A stretch of 64,000 bases of DNA. Origin: an uncultured Candidatus Marinamargulisbacteria bacterium. GTDB lineage: Bacteria; Margulisbacteria; Marinamargulisbacteria; SXXA01; JAHFDB01. Location of the stretch: the NCBI GenBank assembly GCA_964517775.1, contig CAZFCP010000012.1, positions 7,431 through 71,430 of the forward strand, read 5' to 3'. Under the pieces are notes generated by a model, which had not been told where the DNA came from, did not search any database, and was given only the letters and a program-made list of their open reading frames with translations. Position 1 is the first letter of the stretch, and each line of letters begins with the position of its first letter. The translations under genes were made by a program, and so were the position numbers. Shown here piece by piece: positions 40,896 to 52,556 of this stretch.

Positions 40896-41596
40896 TGTCT
40901 GATATTAAACTCCAAAAGCATTTATCCGAACAAGGAATTCTGTCACGACGGAAAGCCGAAGTTGCCATTGCCAAAGGACTTGTAAAAGTAAATGGAAAAG
41001 TGGCCAATTTAGGTATGAGAGTGGATCCGGATAGAGATAAAATAGAAATTAATCAGACCCTCTACGAAGATAAGAAGAAATTTCGATATATTGTTTTTCA
41101 TAAACCTCCAGGCGTAGTTACAAACCTGCCTCAGGACGGTGAAACCCAAATCACAGATTTACTCCCACGGGAATACAGGGAACTCAGCAGTGTTGGACGT
41201 CTCGACAAAGATTCCGAAGGATTAATTCTACTCACCGATGACGGCATTTTTGCCAAACAACTCCTCAGCCAGTCCGATCCCCACGTAAGAGAGTACCTGG
41301 TATGGGTCAATGCCCCCATGACCTCCCATATGATTCAAACACTGGAGTCAGGTGTGTTTATTCTGGGTAAAAAAACCCAGCCCGTAAAAATAACACTTCT
41401 GGGTGAGCGATATTTCAGAATCAGCCTTGTAGAAGGAAAAAACCGCCAGATACGCCGAATGATCCAGACCCTGGATTTATTTGTTGTGCGTCTTAAGCGC
41501 ATCCGTTTTGGATCCATACTTTTAGGACCGTTGCCACGCGGTAAATTTCGCGTATTGTCCCAAAGTGAAGTCCGTCTGATCTTGACTGGACATTAA
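40895..41596 (+). CDS. RsuA/RluB-family rRNA pseudouridine synthase (S4 domain plus catalytic domain)
   Basis: The S4 N-terminus is LSRRKAEVAIAKGLVKVNGKV. The catalytic Asp lies in VGRLDKDSEGLILLTDDG. Confidence 0.8.
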   Translation: MSDIKLQKHLSEQGILSRRKAEVAIAKGLVKVNGKVANLGMRVDPDRDKIEINQTLYEDKKKFRYIVFHKPPGVVTNLPQDGETQITDLLPREYRELSSVGRLDKDSEGLILLTDDGIFAKQLLSQSDPHVREYLVWVNAPMTSHMIQTLESGVFILGKKTQPVKITLLGERYFRISLVEGKNRQIRRMIQTLDLFVVRLKRIRFGSILLGPLPRGKFRVLSQSEVRLILTGH

Positions 41597-41613
41597 TTAG
41601 TGTTCTTTCTATG

Positions 41614-41642
41614 TTGACACTGACTGTTTTAAATGGTAAATT
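41614..41642 (+). promoter_or_regulatory. Candidate promoter for the rpmG-tRNA-Trp-secE-nusG cluster (TTGACA, 17-nt spacer, TAAATT)
   Basis: A perfect TTGACA lies at 41614-41619. Confidence 0.35.
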
Positions 41643-41702
41643 TCTACGTCTTGCGATTTCTTTTAAGAAATTGCTTTATTATACTTTATTTGAGGATACC
41701 CC

Positions 41703-41858
41703 GTGAGAGTTCAAATTATCCTACGATGTGAGACCGAAAGCTGCGGAAGAAGTTCGTATCACACCACTAAAAATAAAAACACTACATCCCAGCGTATGTT
41801 GTTAAAAAAATATTGCCGTTGGTGTAAAAAACATACCCCTCATAAAGAGACCAAGTAA
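41703..41858 (+). CDS. rpmG: 50S ribosomal protein L33
   Basis: The GTG-start ORF gives MRVQIILRCETESCGRSSYHTTKNKNTTSQRMLLKKYCRWCKKHTPHKETK (51 aa). It is below the ORF-track size cutoff and sits in the classic position before tRNA-Trp/secE. Confidence 0.85.
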   Translation: MRVQIILRCETESCGRSSYHTTKNKNTTSQRMLLKKYCRWCKKHTPHKETK

Positions 41859-41863
41859 TGCCT

Positions 41864-41940
41864 AGGCCCGTAGCTCCAACTGGTAGAGCGTCGGTCTCCA
41901 AAACCGAGTGTTGTCGGTTCGAATCCGGCCGGGCCTGCCA
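41864..41940 (+). tRNA. tRNA-Trp (anticodon CCA)
   Basis: The cloverleaf was folded by hand: acceptor AGGCCCG/CGGGCCU, D-stem GCUC/GAGC, anticodon stem UCGGU/ACCGA with loop CUCCAAA, T-arm GUCGG-UUCGAAU-CCGGC, and an encoded CCA. Confidence 0.9.
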
Positions 41941-41972
41941 GTTCTAGCTCTTAGGAAATATTTTTTGATTTT

Positions 41973-42206
41973 ATGAACGCAGAAAAAACAGTTGAAAATA
42001 AACAAGTTAAAGCTCCGCCGTTAAAGGCAAGATTCACTCTGGAAGAGTTGAAGCTTGAGCTTAGCAAAATAGAATGGCCTGAAAGAAAAAAGGTTATTCA
42101 GTCTACAAATACAGTTTTAGTTATTCTAGTTGCATTTATTGTTTTAGTTGGTTTTGTTGATTTTGGTTTTTCAAAGCTTATTGGTCTTCTCCAAACATTA
42201 AGGTAA
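41973..42206 (+). CDS. secE: Preprotein translocase subunit SecE
   Basis: 77 aa with a single C-terminal TM segment, located before nusG. Confidence 0.85.
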   Translation: MNAEKTVENKQVKAPPLKARFTLEELKLELSKIEWPERKKVIQSTNTVLVILVAFIVLVGFVDFGFSKLIGLLQTLR

Positions 42207-42217
42207 ATTAAAGAGTT

Positions 42218-42820
42218 ATGAATATGTCAGATGAATTAAATAATGATCAGCAAGTACAGGTTGAGTCCGCTCCAGAAACTCCAGAGGTAGAGGGTAAAGA
42301 ATGGTACATTATTCAGTGTTATTCCAACCAGGAGCATAAAGTACTGGCTAAAATTCAAAATCTTATTGAAGAAAAATCATTGCAAAATAAGGTTTTTCAG
42401 GTTCTTGTTCCTGAAGAAGATACAATTGAGATAAAAAATAATAAAAGACTTGAGAAGCGCACTAAGATTTTCCCGGGTTACGTATTTATTGAAATGGTTA
42501 TGCAGGATGATGTGTTTTATGACATCCGCTCCATTACCGGTGTTTCCAAGTTTATCGGATCCAAATCAAGACCTACGCCTGTTACCGAAGACGAGATTCT
42601 TAAAGTGCTTCGTAAAATCGGTGATAAGACACGTAAAGTCGATGTGGATTACGAAGAGGGCGAAGTTATCAAGGTTATCGCGGGTCCTTTCCGTGGCTAC
42701 TCAGGTCCTATTGCTGAGATTAATGCTGAAAAAGGTAATTTAAAAGCTCTTATTTCAATTTTCGGTCGGGAAACTCCAGTTAAACTTGATTTTGATCAAG
42801 TTGAAAAAGCTGTAGAGTAG
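42218..42820 (+). CDS. nusG: Transcription termination/antitermination factor NusG
   Basis: 200 aa, with an NGN domain ([14 protein letters not shown]) and a KOW domain ([16 protein letters not shown]). Confidence 0.9.
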   Translation: MNMSDELNNDQQVQVESAPETPEVEGKEWYIIQCYSNQEHKVLAKIQNLIEEKSLQNKVFQVLVPEEDTIEIKNNKRLEKRTKIFPGYVFIEMVMQDDVFYDIRSITGVSKFIGSKSRPTPVTEDEILKVLRKIGDKTRKVDVDYEEGEVIKVIAGPFRGYSGPIAEINAEKGNLKALISIFGRETPVKLDFDQVEKAVE

Positions 42821-42833
42821 AGGTTGGTGTGTT

Positions 42834-43268
42834 ATGGCAAAGTCAAGTAAACCGGTTCAAGTAATAATTAAATTGCAAATTACAGCAGGAAAAGCGAATC
42901 CTGCTCCTCCAATTGGTCCTGCTTTGGGTCAACATGGTGTGAATATTATGGAATTCTGTAAAGCATATAACGAGGCAACTCGTGATAAAGGTGATACCGT
43001 AGTTCCTGTTGAGATCACTGTTTATAAAGATAAAACATTTACGTTTGTTTTAAAAACACCTCCGGCATCTGTTTTGATTAAAAAAATGTTGAATCTTCCA
43101 AGTGGTTCTGCAAATCCTAATACAAATATTATTGGTACATTAACTCAAGATCAGTTAACGCAAATTGCAGAAGCAAAAATGAATGACTTAAATGCGTCAG
43201 ATATTGAATCTGCAAAAAAAATTATCGCAGGATCAGCGAGAAGTATGGGAGTTAAAATAGCATCATGA
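42834..43268 (+). CDS. rplK: 50S ribosomal protein L11
   Basis: The signature is [22 protein letters not shown]. Confidence 0.95.
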   Translation: MAKSSKPVQVIIKLQITAGKANPAPPIGPALGQHGVNIMEFCKAYNEATRDKGDTVVPVEITVYKDKTFTFVLKTPPASVLIKKMLNLPSGSANPNTNIIGTLTQDQLTQIAEAKMNDLNASDIESAKKIIAGSARSMGVKIAS

Positions 43269-43966
43269 GACACGGGAAGAAATACGTAGAAAAGCAAAAG
43301 TTAGTAGATAAATCTATTCTTTTTTCACCTGTTGAAGCTTTGAATAAATTAAAAGATCTATCGTTTGCAAAGTTTGATGAAACAGTTGAATTGCACTTTA
43401 ATTTAGGTATTGATCCGCGTCACTCTGATCAACAATTGAGAGGCACGCTTTCTCTTCCTAAAGGTACTGGTAAATCCATTCGGATCGCCGTTATCGCTGG
43501 AGCTGATAAATTAAATGAAGCTCGCCAAGCTGGTGCTGATCATGTTGGTTCAGAAGACTTAGTGGAAAAAATCCAGACCGGTTGGTTGGATTTCGATTTG
43601 GTTATCACTACGCCAGACATGATGGCAAAAGTAGGGAAATTAGGCAAAATCTTGGGTGCTAAAGGTTTGATGCCTAATCCTAAAAGCGGAACAGTGACAA
43701 CCAACTTGGAAACAACTATTAAAGAATTTAAAGCTGGTAAGCTGGAATATAAAAATGATAAGGCAGGAATTGTTCATATTATTATTGGAAAGATGTCTTT
43801 TCCAATTGATAATTTAAAAGCAAATTTTGATGCTGTATATGATACTGTTGTTAAGGCTAAGCCTGCAAAGTCGAAAGGGATTTATATCAAGTCTATTTCA
43901 CTTTCATCAACAATGAGTCCGGGAGTTTTTATAGAACCCTTGAAAGTTAAATGGAAGGAAGCATAG
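43265..43966 (+). CDS. rplA: 50S ribosomal protein L1
   Basis: 233 aa, with the L1 signature and operon position. Confidence 0.95.
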   Translation: MRHGKKYVEKQKLVDKSILFSPVEALNKLKDLSFAKFDETVELHFNLGIDPRHSDQQLRGTLSLPKGTGKSIRIAVIAGADKLNEARQAGADHVGSEDLVEKIQTGWLDFDLVITTPDMMAKVGKLGKILGAKGLMPNPKSGTVTTNLETTIKEFKAGKLEYKNDKAGIVHIIIGKMSFPIDNLKANFDAVYDTVVKAKPAKSKGIYIKSISLSSTMSPGVFIEPLKVKWKEA

Positions 43967-43971
43967 ATCTT

Positions 43972-44502
43972 ATGTCAGCAGTAAAAGCTCAAAAAGAGCA
44001 ATTGGTGCAGCAAATCAAGCAAGAAGTCGATCAGTCGACGGTCGTAATCTTTGCTGATTTTAGAGGGTTAACTGTTGGTGAGCTCACTTCTTTAAGGCGC
44101 AATGTTAAAAAAGAAGGCGGTCAAATATCAGTTTACAAAAATACGTTAACTAAAAGAGCATTGGATGAATTGAACATCGATTGTCCAGGTTCTTTCTTGT
44201 TCGGCCCATCAGCTGTTGTTCATACAACTGGTGATGCTGTAAAAATGAGCAAAACTCTGGTCGATTTTGCTAAAGAGGCTGAAAAGTTAACAATTAAAGG
44301 CGGGTTGCTTGGAAAAGGTGTTCTAGACGAAGCCAATATCAAAGCGCTAGCCCAATTACCAGGTAGAGAAGAATTAATAGCACAGGTGGTAGGTACAATC
44401 AAAGCACCTCTAACCAAGCTAGTAGCGACTCTATCTAGTCCGACCAGAGGTTTAGTTTACGTTTTATCTGCAATCAAAGAAAAAAAACAGGAGGAAAATT
44501 AA
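43972..44502 (+). CDS. rplJ: 50S ribosomal protein L10
   Basis: The ATG at 43972 has a GGAAGGA Shine-Dalgarno sequence. The ORF-track start at 43951 overlaps rplA. Confidence 0.9.
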   Translation: MSAVKAQKEQLVQQIKQEVDQSTVVIFADFRGLTVGELTSLRRNVKKEGGQISVYKNTLTKRALDELNIDCPGSFLFGPSAVVHTTGDAVKMSKTLVDFAKEAEKLTIKGGLLGKGVLDEANIKALAQLPGREELIAQVVGTIKAPLTKLVATLSSPTRGLVYVLSAIKEKKQEEN

Positions 44503-44503
44503 C

Positions 44504-44914
44504 ATGACTACAGCTGAAGTTGTTGTATCAGAAAAGGCAAAGGCTATTATCGAAAGTATCGAAGGGATGAGCGTTCTAGAGTTATCTGAATTAGTAAAAG
44601 CTTTAGAAGACAAATTCGGAGTTGTTGCGGCTGCTCCTATGGCATTCGCTGGTGCAGCTCCTGCTGGAGCTGGTGCAGGTGATGCTGGTGCAGAAGCTGC
44701 TTCTTCAACAGTAAATGTTATTCTGGCATCTGCTGGTGACAAAAAAATCCAAGTACTTAAAGTAGTTAGAGAGCTAACTGGTTTGGGTCTTAAAGAAGCT
44801 AAAGATTTAGTTGACGCCGCTCCAAAACCTTTAAAAGAAGGTGTTTCTAGAGAAGAAGCTGAAAAAATGAAAAAAGAATTAGAAGAACAAGGTGCAAAAG
44901 TAGAAATCAAATAG
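44504..44914 (+). CDS. rplL: 50S ribosomal protein L7/L12
   Basis: It has an Ala-rich hinge and the C-terminal domain [19 protein letters not shown]. Confidence 0.95.
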   Translation: MTTAEVVVSEKAKAIIESIEGMSVLELSELVKALEDKFGVVAAAPMAFAGAAPAGAGAGDAGAEAASSTVNVILASAGDKKIQVLKVVRELTGLGLKEAKDLVDAAPKPLKEGVSREEAEKMKKELEEQGAKVEIK

Positions 44915-44946
44915 TTTTTTATAATTCTTTAAATTCAACCTTCAAA

Positions 44947-44993
44947 CCTGAGATTAGTTCTAAACCCTAGGACTAATCTCGGGTTATGTTTTT
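44947..44993 (+). terminator. rplL-rpoB intergenic hairpin plus U-tract (partial terminator/attenuator)
   Basis: CCTGAGATTAGT-loop-ACTAATCTCGGG is followed by TTATGTTTTTG. Confidence 0.55.
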
Positions 44994-45010
44994 GTCACGA
45001 GGAGACCCGA

Positions 45011-48000
45011 GTGTTAGCGTTAAAACAAAGAAAACGAGTTCAGCTCCATTCTCAGTCCATAAAAGAAAGTTTAGATATCCCGAACCTTATTGAAATTCAG
45101 GTTAACTCTTTTAAAAAGTTTTTAGAAGAAGGTTTAAAAGAAGAATTTCGCAATATTTCCCCAATTAAAGCATATAATGGTAAATACGAGCTGGAGTTTT
45201 TAGAAAACTATCGTTTAGATGAACCCGAGTTTTCGTTTGAAGAGTGTCAGATTAGAGAAATTACCTTCAGTGCATCTTTAAGAGTTCCTGTTAGATTGAT
45301 TAACAAAGAAACGGGCGAAATTGCAGAGCAGGAAGTTTTTATGAGTGCTATTCCGATCATGTCGGAAGCTGGTACCTTTTTAGTTAATGGAACAGAACGT
45401 GTTGTTGTAAGTCAGTTTGTACGCTCTCCTGGTGTCTACTTTAGAAAAAAAGTGGGAATTTCAGCAGATAGAATTAATTACCTTGCTACTATTATTCCAG
45501 CAAGAGGCGCTTGGCTGGAAATTGAATCCGATACTAACGGTGTTATTTACGCCAATATTAATAAAATCAAAAAATTACCTGTAACAGCCCTTCTTGGTGC
45601 TTTGGGCTTTACGGCTGAAGACGTTTTAAAGCAGTGTAAAGATAAAGAAGTTATGCTGAAAACTCTTGAAAAATCTCCAATTATTTCTCAAGAAGATTCG
45701 TTACTGGATATTTACAGAAAGCTTCGTCCTGGTGACCCTGTTACTTTGGATGGCGCAAAAATGTTGCTTAACAATCTGTTCTTTGATCCTTCCAAATACG
45801 ATTTGGGAGATGTTGGACGTTACCGCGTTAACAAACGTTTAGATGTGAATATCGATATTAATACTACTGTATTAACCAGTGATGACATCATTGCTGTTGT
45901 AAACCATGTTATCGACCTTATTTTAGGTCAGGGTATTACGGATGATATCGACCACTTGGGTAACAGACGTATCCGTAGCGTGGGTGAGCAGCTTCAAAAG
46001 CAGTTCAGAATTGGATTGGCTCGTTTAGAGCGTCTGGTACGTGAGCAGCTTGCTGTAAAAGGTAATGAAAAAATTGCCCCACAGCATCTTATTAATATCC
46101 GTCCTCTTGTTGCTGTAATGAGAGAGTTTTTCGGAAGTTCACAGCTGTCTCAGTTTATGGATCAAACCAATCCGTTGGCAGAAATCGCACATAAAAGACG
46201 CTTGAGTGCCCTGGGCCCAGGCGGTTTGACGAAAGAAAGAGCTGGTTTTGAGGTTCGTGATATTCATCCATCTCACTACGGCCGTATTTGTCCAATTGAA
46301 ACTCCGGAAGGTCCAAACGCCGGTCTAATTGGTCCATTGGCCACTTATGCAAAAGTAAATGAGTTTGGTTTTATTGAAACCCCTTATTTTAAAGTGAATA
46401 AAGGTACCATTTCAGCTGATATCGAATTTTTAACAGCGGATGTTGAAGATAAATTTTATATTGCTCCTTGGGATTCTCCTTCAAAAAGCAAAAAACTGAC
46501 AGGCGAATTTATTATTGCCCGACACAATAGAGAGTTCAGCTTGGTTAAAGCTGAAGAAATTCAATATATTGGTGTTTCTCCACGACAAATCGTTGGTGTT
46601 TCCTGTGGATTGATTCCATTTTTAGAGCACGACGACGCGAACCGTGCCTTGATGGGTGCAAACATGCAACGTCAGGCTGTTCCTTTGGTTTATGCTGAAG
46701 CTCCATATATCGGAACAGGTCTTGAAGAAACTGTAGCCAGAGATTCCTGTACGTTAGTTAAAGCTCAGGAAGATGGTGTGGTTACAAAAGTTACTGGCGA
46801 AAGTGTTGTTATCAAAAACACTTCCGGTAAAGAAAAAACATACATTCTTCAAAAATATTTAAGATCCAATCAAAATACCTGTAAAAACCAGAAACCAATT
46901 GTAAATCTTGGTGACAAAATCACTAAAGGCCAGGTTATTGCTGACGGTACGTCAACACGATTTGGTGAATTGGCTCTAGGTAAAAACGTATTGGTTGCCT
47001 TTCTTCCTTGGGAAGGATACAACTTTGAGGACGCTATCATTATTTCAGAGCGTCTTGTAAAAAGAGATACGTTTACATCCATTCACATTCATAAATATGA
47101 AGTGGATATCAGAACAACAAAACTTGGCCCTGAAGAAATTACATGGGAAATTCCTAATGTTTCTGAAGAAGCCGTAAAAAATCTTGATGAAAACGGTATT
47201 ATCCGATTAGGAGCTGTTGTAAAAGCCGGAGACATTCTGGTTGGTAAAGTAACTCCAAAAGGTGAAAGTGAACCTACTGCTGAAGAAAAACTGTTACGTG
47301 CTATCTTTGGTGATAAAGCCAGAGATATGAGAGACACGTCATTACGTGTATCGTCTGGCGGTTCAGGAAAAGTTATCGGGGTTCGCGTATTTTCTCGTGA
47401 AACTGATGACAGCCTTCCACCTGGCGTAAACTGCATCGTTCGTGTTTATGTAGCTCAGCTGCGTAAAATTTCTATCGGTGACAAAATGGCTGGACGTCAC
47501 GGAAACAAAGGGGTTATCTCTACGATTCTGCCTGAAGAAGACATGCCGTTTTTACCGGATGGAACTCCTGTTGATATTATCTTAAATCCTCTTGGTGTAC
47601 CTTCACGGATGAACGTAGGTCAGTTATTTGAAACCCTTTTAGGGATGGCCTCACATATTTTGGATACTAACTTCGAAGTTCAATTATTTGACGAGGTGTT
47701 CCAGGAACAGGCTACTGTAGGGAAAGTAGAAGAAAAACTGATTGAAGCGTCTCAAACACCAGGGTACTCATGGATTAATCCGACCGGAAAAGTCATGTTG
47801 AGAGATGGGCGTACCGGTTTACCATTCGAAAGAGATGTAACATCTGGAAACATGTATATGTTAAAGCTGATCCACCTTGTTGAAGACAAAATTCATGCAA
47901 GATCTACTGGACCATACTCCTTAGTTACGCAACAGCCTTTAGGAGGTAAAGCTCACTATGGGGGTCAGCGTTTCGGAGAGATGGAAGTGTGGGCGCTTGA

Positions 48001-48217
48001 AGCGTACGGTGCTGCTCATACCTTGCAGGAAATGTTAACCATTAAATCAGACGATCTTACAGGTCGTGCAAAAGCTTATGAGGCCATTATCAAAGGTAAG
48101 AGTTTATCTCGACCAGGTACTCCGGAATCATTTAGAGTACTTTTACGGGAATTGCGTTCAATCGCTCTAGACGTGAAAGTAAAATCTTCTGATGGTTCAG
48201 AAATTGATACACGCTAA
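45011..48217 (+). CDS. rpoB: DNA-directed RNA polymerase subunit beta
   Basis: 1068 aa. GTG start with a GAGGAG Shine-Dalgarno sequence; the rif-cluster and catalytic regions are recognisable. Confidence 0.95.
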   Translation: MLALKQRKRVQLHSQSIKESLDIPNLIEIQVNSFKKFLEEGLKEEFRNISPIKAYNGKYELEFLENYRLDEPEFSFEECQIREITFSASLRVPVRLINKETGEIAEQEVFMSAIPIMSEAGTFLVNGTERVVVSQFVRSPGVYFRKKVGISADRINYLATIIPARGAWLEIESDTNGVIYANINKIKKLPVTALLGALGFTAEDVLKQCKDKEVMLKTLEKSPIISQEDSLLDIYRKLRPGDPVTLDGAKMLLNNLFFDPSKYDLGDVGRYRVNKRLDVNIDINTTVLTSDDIIAVVNHVIDLILGQGITDDIDHLGNRRIRSVGEQLQKQFRIGLARLERLVREQLAVKGNEKIAPQHLINIRPLVAVMREFFGSSQLSQFMDQTNPLAEIAHKRRLSALGPGGLTKERAGFEVRDIHPSHYGRICPIETPEGPNAGLIGPLATYAKVNEFGFIETPYFKVNKGTISADIEFLTADVEDKFYIAPWDSPSKSKKLTGEFIIARHNREFSLVKAEEIQYIGVSPRQIVGVSCGLIPFLEHDDANRALMGANMQRQAVPLVYAEAPYIGTGLEETVARDSCTLVKAQEDGVVTKVTGESVVIKNTSGKEKTYILQKYLRSNQNTCKNQKPIVNLGDKITKGQVIADGTSTRFGELALGKNVLVAFLPWEGYNFEDAIIISERLVKRDTFTSIHIHKYEVDIRTTKLGPEEITWEIPNVSEEAVKNLDENGIIRLGAVVKAGDILVGKVTPKGESEPTAEEKLLRAIFGDKARDMRDTSLRVSSGGSGKVIGVRVFSRETDDSLPPGVNCIVRVYVAQLRKISIGDKMAGRHGNKGVISTILPEEDMPFLPDGTPVDIILNPLGVPSRMNVGQLFETLLGMASHILDTNFEVQLFDEVFQEQATVGKVEEKLIEASQTPGYSWINPTGKVMLRDGRTGLPFERDVTSGNMYMLKLIHLVEDKIHARSTGPYSLVTQQPLGGKAHYGGQRFGEMEVWALEAYGAAHTLQEMLTIKSDDLTGRAKAYEAIIKGKSLSRPGTPESFRVLLRELRSIALDVKVKSSDGSEIDTR

Positions 48218-48263
48218 GTATATGATGAGAACGATCGAGAGAGATTAATGAAGGAGACCCTGC

Positions 48264-51200
48264 ATGCTTGTAAATAGTCCTAGTGATTTTGACTTCCTAG
48301 AAATAGGATTGGCTTCACCTGATAGAATCCGCTTCTGGTCATATGGCGAGGTTGAAAAACCTGAAACCATTAACTATAGAACGTTTAAACCAGAACGTAA
48401 GGGTTTATTTTGTGAAAAGATTTTTGGTCCGGTAAAGGATTGGGAATGTTCTTGTGGAAAATATCGTCGTGTTCGTTACAGAGGTATTGTCTGTGAGCGA
48501 TGCGGTGTTGAAGTTACACACTCAAAAGTTAGACGTGAACGTATGGGCCACATCGAGCTTGCGGCTGATGTCTGTCACATCTGGTTCTTAAAAGGAATTC
48601 CAAGTTATATCGGTCTTCTTTTAGACATGTCGTCTCGTCAGTTAGAAGAAGTTATCTACTACGATTCTTTTATCGTAACTGAAGTTTCTGCTTCTATTTC
48701 TGATGCGTTGGAAGTTAAACAAACCTTAACAACTACAGAGTACCAAAAATACAGAGAAAAATATGGTAACCAGTTCAAAGCTGATATGGGCGCTTCTGCG
48801 ATTAAAACCCTGTTATCTGCTTTGGATCTGAAAACTGTTGCAACTGAACTTAGAGAAAGTTTAGATGATGTTAAAGGTCAAAAACGCTTAAAATATACAA
48901 AACGTCTTCGTATTGTAGAGTCTTTATTAAAGTCTGGTAATCAGCCTGAATGGATGATTCTTGAAGTTATCCCTGTTATGCCACCGGATTTAAGACCTAT
49001 GGTTCAGCTGGAAGGCGGACGTTTTGCAACATCTGATTTAAACGACTTATACCGTCGTGTTGTAAATCGTAACAACCGTTTAAAGCGTCTGATTGATATC
49101 GGAGCTCCTGACATGATTATCCGAAATGAAAAACGGATGCTTCAGGAAGCGGTAGACGTTCTTATTTCCAACGGTAAACGTGGCCGTTCCGTAACAGGTT
49201 CAAATGGTCGTCCTTTAAAATCCTTAGGTAATATTATCGAAGGTAAACAAGGTCGTTTCCGTCAAAACCTACTTGGAAAACGTGTTGATTACTCAGCCCG
49301 TTCGGTCATCGTTGTTGGTCCTCACTTGAAATTTAGCCAATGCGGTTTGCCTAAAGAAATGGCATTGGAATTGTTTAAACCTTTTGTCATCCGTAAATTG
49401 GTTGAAAACGGTTTGGCATCCAACGTAAAAAGTGCAAAACGTAAAATTGAAAAACGTGAAGTTGTTGTTTGGGATGTCCTTGAAAATGTTATTAAAGGTC
49501 AGCTTGTTCTATTAAACAGAGCGCCTACACTTCACCGTCTTGGTATTCAGGCTTTTGAACCTATTCTAGTAGAAGGTTCGGCTATTCAAATTCACCCTCT
49601 AGTATGTACAGCATTTAACGCTGACTTTGACGGTGACCAAATGGCTGTTCACGTTCCATTGTCTTTAGAAGCTCAGGCAGAATGCCGTCTACTGATTATG
49701 GCAACAAACAACGTTCTTTCACCTTCAAGTGGAAGAGCTATTATTACGCCTACTCAAGATATGATTCTTGGCTGTTACTTCCTTACTGTTGATGATCCTG
49801 AATCATTAAAAGGAAAAGGAAAATACTTCTCTAATATTGATGAAGCCAAACGTGCTTTGGAAGCCAGAGCTATCGGCCTTCAAACTGAAATTCTGGTTAA
49901 AATCGACTCTGTTCGTTACACAACAACTATCGGTCGTGTGTTATTTAACACCACTGTTTGGGATGTATTTAAACAACATGGCGTTCAGGATCAGGATTTT
50001 GTAAATGAAATCATTGGAAAGAAAAAATTAGGTGAATTGGTATTTAAATGGTTCCACCAATACGGAAACGATGTTATTTCTCATGTTGTTGATGAGTTAA
50101 AACGCATCGGATTTAAATATTCAACGTTATCTGGAATTTCTATTTCGATTGATGACTTGAAAATTCCAAGTAATAAAGCTCAAATTATTGATAATGCCGA
50201 AGAAGAAATTGTTAAGCTGGATAAACTATTTAAAGTAGGATCTATTTCAGGTCGTGAAAGACAGCTTCGCAGTAACGATGTATGGCGGGAAACGACTCAG
50301 GAGATTGCGTCTTCACTTGAATCTCAATTAGGTCGTTTGAACAACCTGTACATCATGGCAAACTCTGGAGCTAGAGGAAACATGGATCAGGTGCGTCAGC
50401 TTGCTGGTATGCGGGGTCTGATGTCTGATGCTCAAGGTAGAACGGTTAACATTCCTATTAAAACAAACTTTAAAGAAGGTCTTTCTCTTACGGAATACTT
50501 CATTTCATCTTATGGTGCTAGAAAAGGTCTGGTAGATACGGCGTTAAGAACAGCTGACTCTGGATACCTGACTCGTAGACTTGTTGACGTTGCACAGGAT
50601 GTCATGATTGTTCACGAAGACTGCGGATCAACAGACGGCGTTGATATTACGTCTGTAAAAGATGGTATCAATATTATCGTGTCTCTATCAGAACTTGCCG
50701 AAGGTCGTTTTTCGTTAGAGGATGTAATTAATCCAGCTACTAAGAAAAAAGCGATTTCAGTAGGTGATTTGATTAGCCACGAGCAGGCTGTTGAGCTTCA
50801 GGAAATCGGAAAAGATTCCATTAAAGTACGTAGCATTTACAAATGCCGTTCTGAGCGTGGTTTGTGCCAAAAATGTTACGGAATCGACCTTGCTTCAGGT
50901 AAACTGATTAATATCGGTGAAGCGGTTGGTATTATTGCGGCTCAGTCCATCGGTGAACCTGGTACTCAGTTAACTATGAGAACCTTCCACACTGGAGGGG
51001 TAGACTTGAGACGTTCGTCTAAAGTTGAAATCAAAGTAAAACATAAAGGTAAAGTAGAAGTTCCGGAAGATTTGGCTATGAGCCGTATTACGGACCAACA
51101 CGGTGAAACGATTTGGGTTTCTACACGTGAAGGTAACCTTTTTGTTTCTGCTGATAAAACTCAAAAAAGAGCGTATATCATTCCTAGAGGAAGTATTATC

Positions 51201-52547
51201 ACTGTTAAATCTGGCCAAAAAGTAGAAGTTGGCGATGTATTAGCAGAATACGATCCAAGCTATGAGTACATCATTTCTGAGAGTGAAGGTTTAGTGAAAC
51301 TGATTGGTGTTGACCTTCAGCAGCGTAAAGATGAATCTGGAAAAATAGTTGAAACTGTTGCCAAAAAAGACGGTGAAGTTTTTATCTACAATCCTAAAGT
51401 CTTCCATGATTATACAATTTCTGAAAAAGCTGCTTCCCAATTTAAAGTTGGTGAGCGTATTAAGACAGATGGTGAGCTTGCTCCTGGTATCGTGCTAGAA
51501 GTGGGCGGCATCGTTATTTCAATTGAAAAATCGGCTGAAAAAGCTGCAAAATCAAAAGAAGATCAATCAACAATTCGTATCTGTCCTGGTGAATCGTATC
51601 CTGTATTATCTGGTGCTAGTTTCTTTGTTGACGATAATTCTAAAGTTAAAAATGGAGAAATCCTTGCGAGAGAACGTCTTGGCGGTTCTGATGCGTCTAA
51701 AACAAAGGATATCGTTCAAGGTTTACCTCGTGTTGAAGAGTTATTCGAAGCTAGAAAACCGAAAGACGCCGCTATTCTTACAGAGTTAGACGGAATTGTT
51801 GAAATTTCCGATGACGAAGGTTACAGAATTGCTACAGTTATTTCTGATTCCAGCGAAAAATGCGAGTACAAAATTCCTTACGGAACACGTCTTAAAGTGT
51901 ATTCCGGTAAAAAGGTACGTCGTGGCGATCAGTTAACTGACGGTGTTATCAATCCACATGATATTCTTCTGACAAAAGGTGTGTTCTCTGCTCAAAACTA
52001 CCTTGGTGACGAAGTTCAAAAAGTTTATCGTTCACAAGGTGTACAGATTAACAGCAAGCACATCGAAGTTATCGTGAGACAAATGACACGTAAAGTAAAC
52101 ATTGTAGCCATGGGCGACACAAGCTTCCTGCCTAACGAACTTATTGATATCCGCTCTTTTGAAAAGTCAAACATTCAAATGCTTGATGAAACCAAAGAAC
52201 CAGCAGTTGGCGAAAGAGTTCTTTTAGGTATTACACGTGCGTCATTAAATACTGAAAGTTTTGTATCGGCTTCATCGTTCCAACAAACAGCCAGCGTTCT
52301 AACCAAGGCGGCTATTGAGGGTCAGATGGATCCTATGTACGGTTTAAAAGAAAACGTTATTATTGGTAAACTGATTCCTGCCGGAACCGGTATGTCTTCT
52401 TACCATAGAGTTGGTTTGGATGTTTCTGCGGATGCATTCCAGACCAATCTTGTAGAAGAAGCTGATGATGTTGATGATGAATTTGATACATCGGAATTCG
52501 AAGCTGAATTCTCAGCAATTGCTGTAGAAGAAACCGAAGAAGCCTAA
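48264..52547 (+). CDS. rpoC: DNA-directed RNA polymerase subunit beta'
   Basis: 1427 aa. It carries NADFDGD, the bridge helix and a large trigger-loop insertion. Confidence 0.95.
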   Translation: MLVNSPSDFDFLEIGLASPDRIRFWSYGEVEKPETINYRTFKPERKGLFCEKIFGPVKDWECSCGKYRRVRYRGIVCERCGVEVTHSKVRRERMGHIELAADVCHIWFLKGIPSYIGLLLDMSSRQLEEVIYYDSFIVTEVSASISDALEVKQTLTTTEYQKYREKYGNQFKADMGASAIKTLLSALDLKTVATELRESLDDVKGQKRLKYTKRLRIVESLLKSGNQPEWMILEVIPVMPPDLRPMVQLEGGRFATSDLNDLYRRVVNRNNRLKRLIDIGAPDMIIRNEKRMLQEAVDVLISNGKRGRSVTGSNGRPLKSLGNIIEGKQGRFRQNLLGKRVDYSARSVIVVGPHLKFSQCGLPKEMALELFKPFVIRKLVENGLASNVKSAKRKIEKREVVVWDVLENVIKGQLVLLNRAPTLHRLGIQAFEPILVEGSAIQIHPLVCTAFNADFDGDQMAVHVPLSLEAQAECRLLIMATNNVLSPSSGRAIITPTQDMILGCYFLTVDDPESLKGKGKYFSNIDEAKRALEARAIGLQTEILVKIDSVRYTTTIGRVLFNTTVWDVFKQHGVQDQDFVNEIIGKKKLGELVFKWFHQYGNDVISHVVDELKRIGFKYSTLSGISISIDDLKIPSNKAQIIDNAEEEIVKLDKLFKVGSISGRERQLRSNDVWRETTQEIASSLESQLGRLNNLYIMANSGARGNMDQVRQLAGMRGLMSDAQGRTVNIPIKTNFKEGLSLTEYFISSYGARKGLVDTALRTADSGYLTRRLVDVAQDVMIVHEDCGSTDGVDITSVKDGINIIVSLSELAEGRFSLEDVINPATKKKAISVGDLISHEQAVELQEIGKDSIKVRSIYKCRSERGLCQKCYGIDLASGKLINIGEAVGIIAAQSIGEPGTQLTMRTFHTGGVDLRRSSKVEIKVKHKGKVEVPEDLAMSRITDQHGETIWVSTREGNLFVSADKTQKRAYIIPRGSIITVKSGQKVEVGDVLAEYDPSYEYIISESEGLVKLIGVDLQQRKDESGKIVETVAKKDGEVFIYNPKVFHDYTISEKAASQFKVGERIKTDGELAPGIVLEVGGIVISIEKSAEKAAKSKEDQSTIRICPGESYPVLSGASFFVDDNSKVKNGEILARERLGGSDASKTKDIVQGLPRVEELFEARKPKDAAILTELDGIVEISDDEGYRIATVISDSSEKCEYKIPYGTRLKVYSGKKVRRGDQLTDGVINPHDILLTKGVFSAQNYLGDEVQKVYRSQGVQINSKHIEVIVRQMTRKVNIVAMGDTSFLPNELIDIRSFEKSNIQMLDETKEPAVGERVLLGITRASLNTESFVSASSFQQTASVLTKAAIEGQMDPMYGLKENVIIGKLIPAGTGMSSYHRVGLDVSADAFQTNLVEEADDVDDEFDTSEFEAEFSAIAVEETEEA

Positions 52548-52556
52548 GAAGTGGAT

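Noticed and set aside
46155-47436. Several 65-115-aa minus-strand ORFs inside rpoB
   Set aside because: They are antisense to a highly conserved coding sequence, and long antisense ORFs are common in such genes. No independent signals support them.
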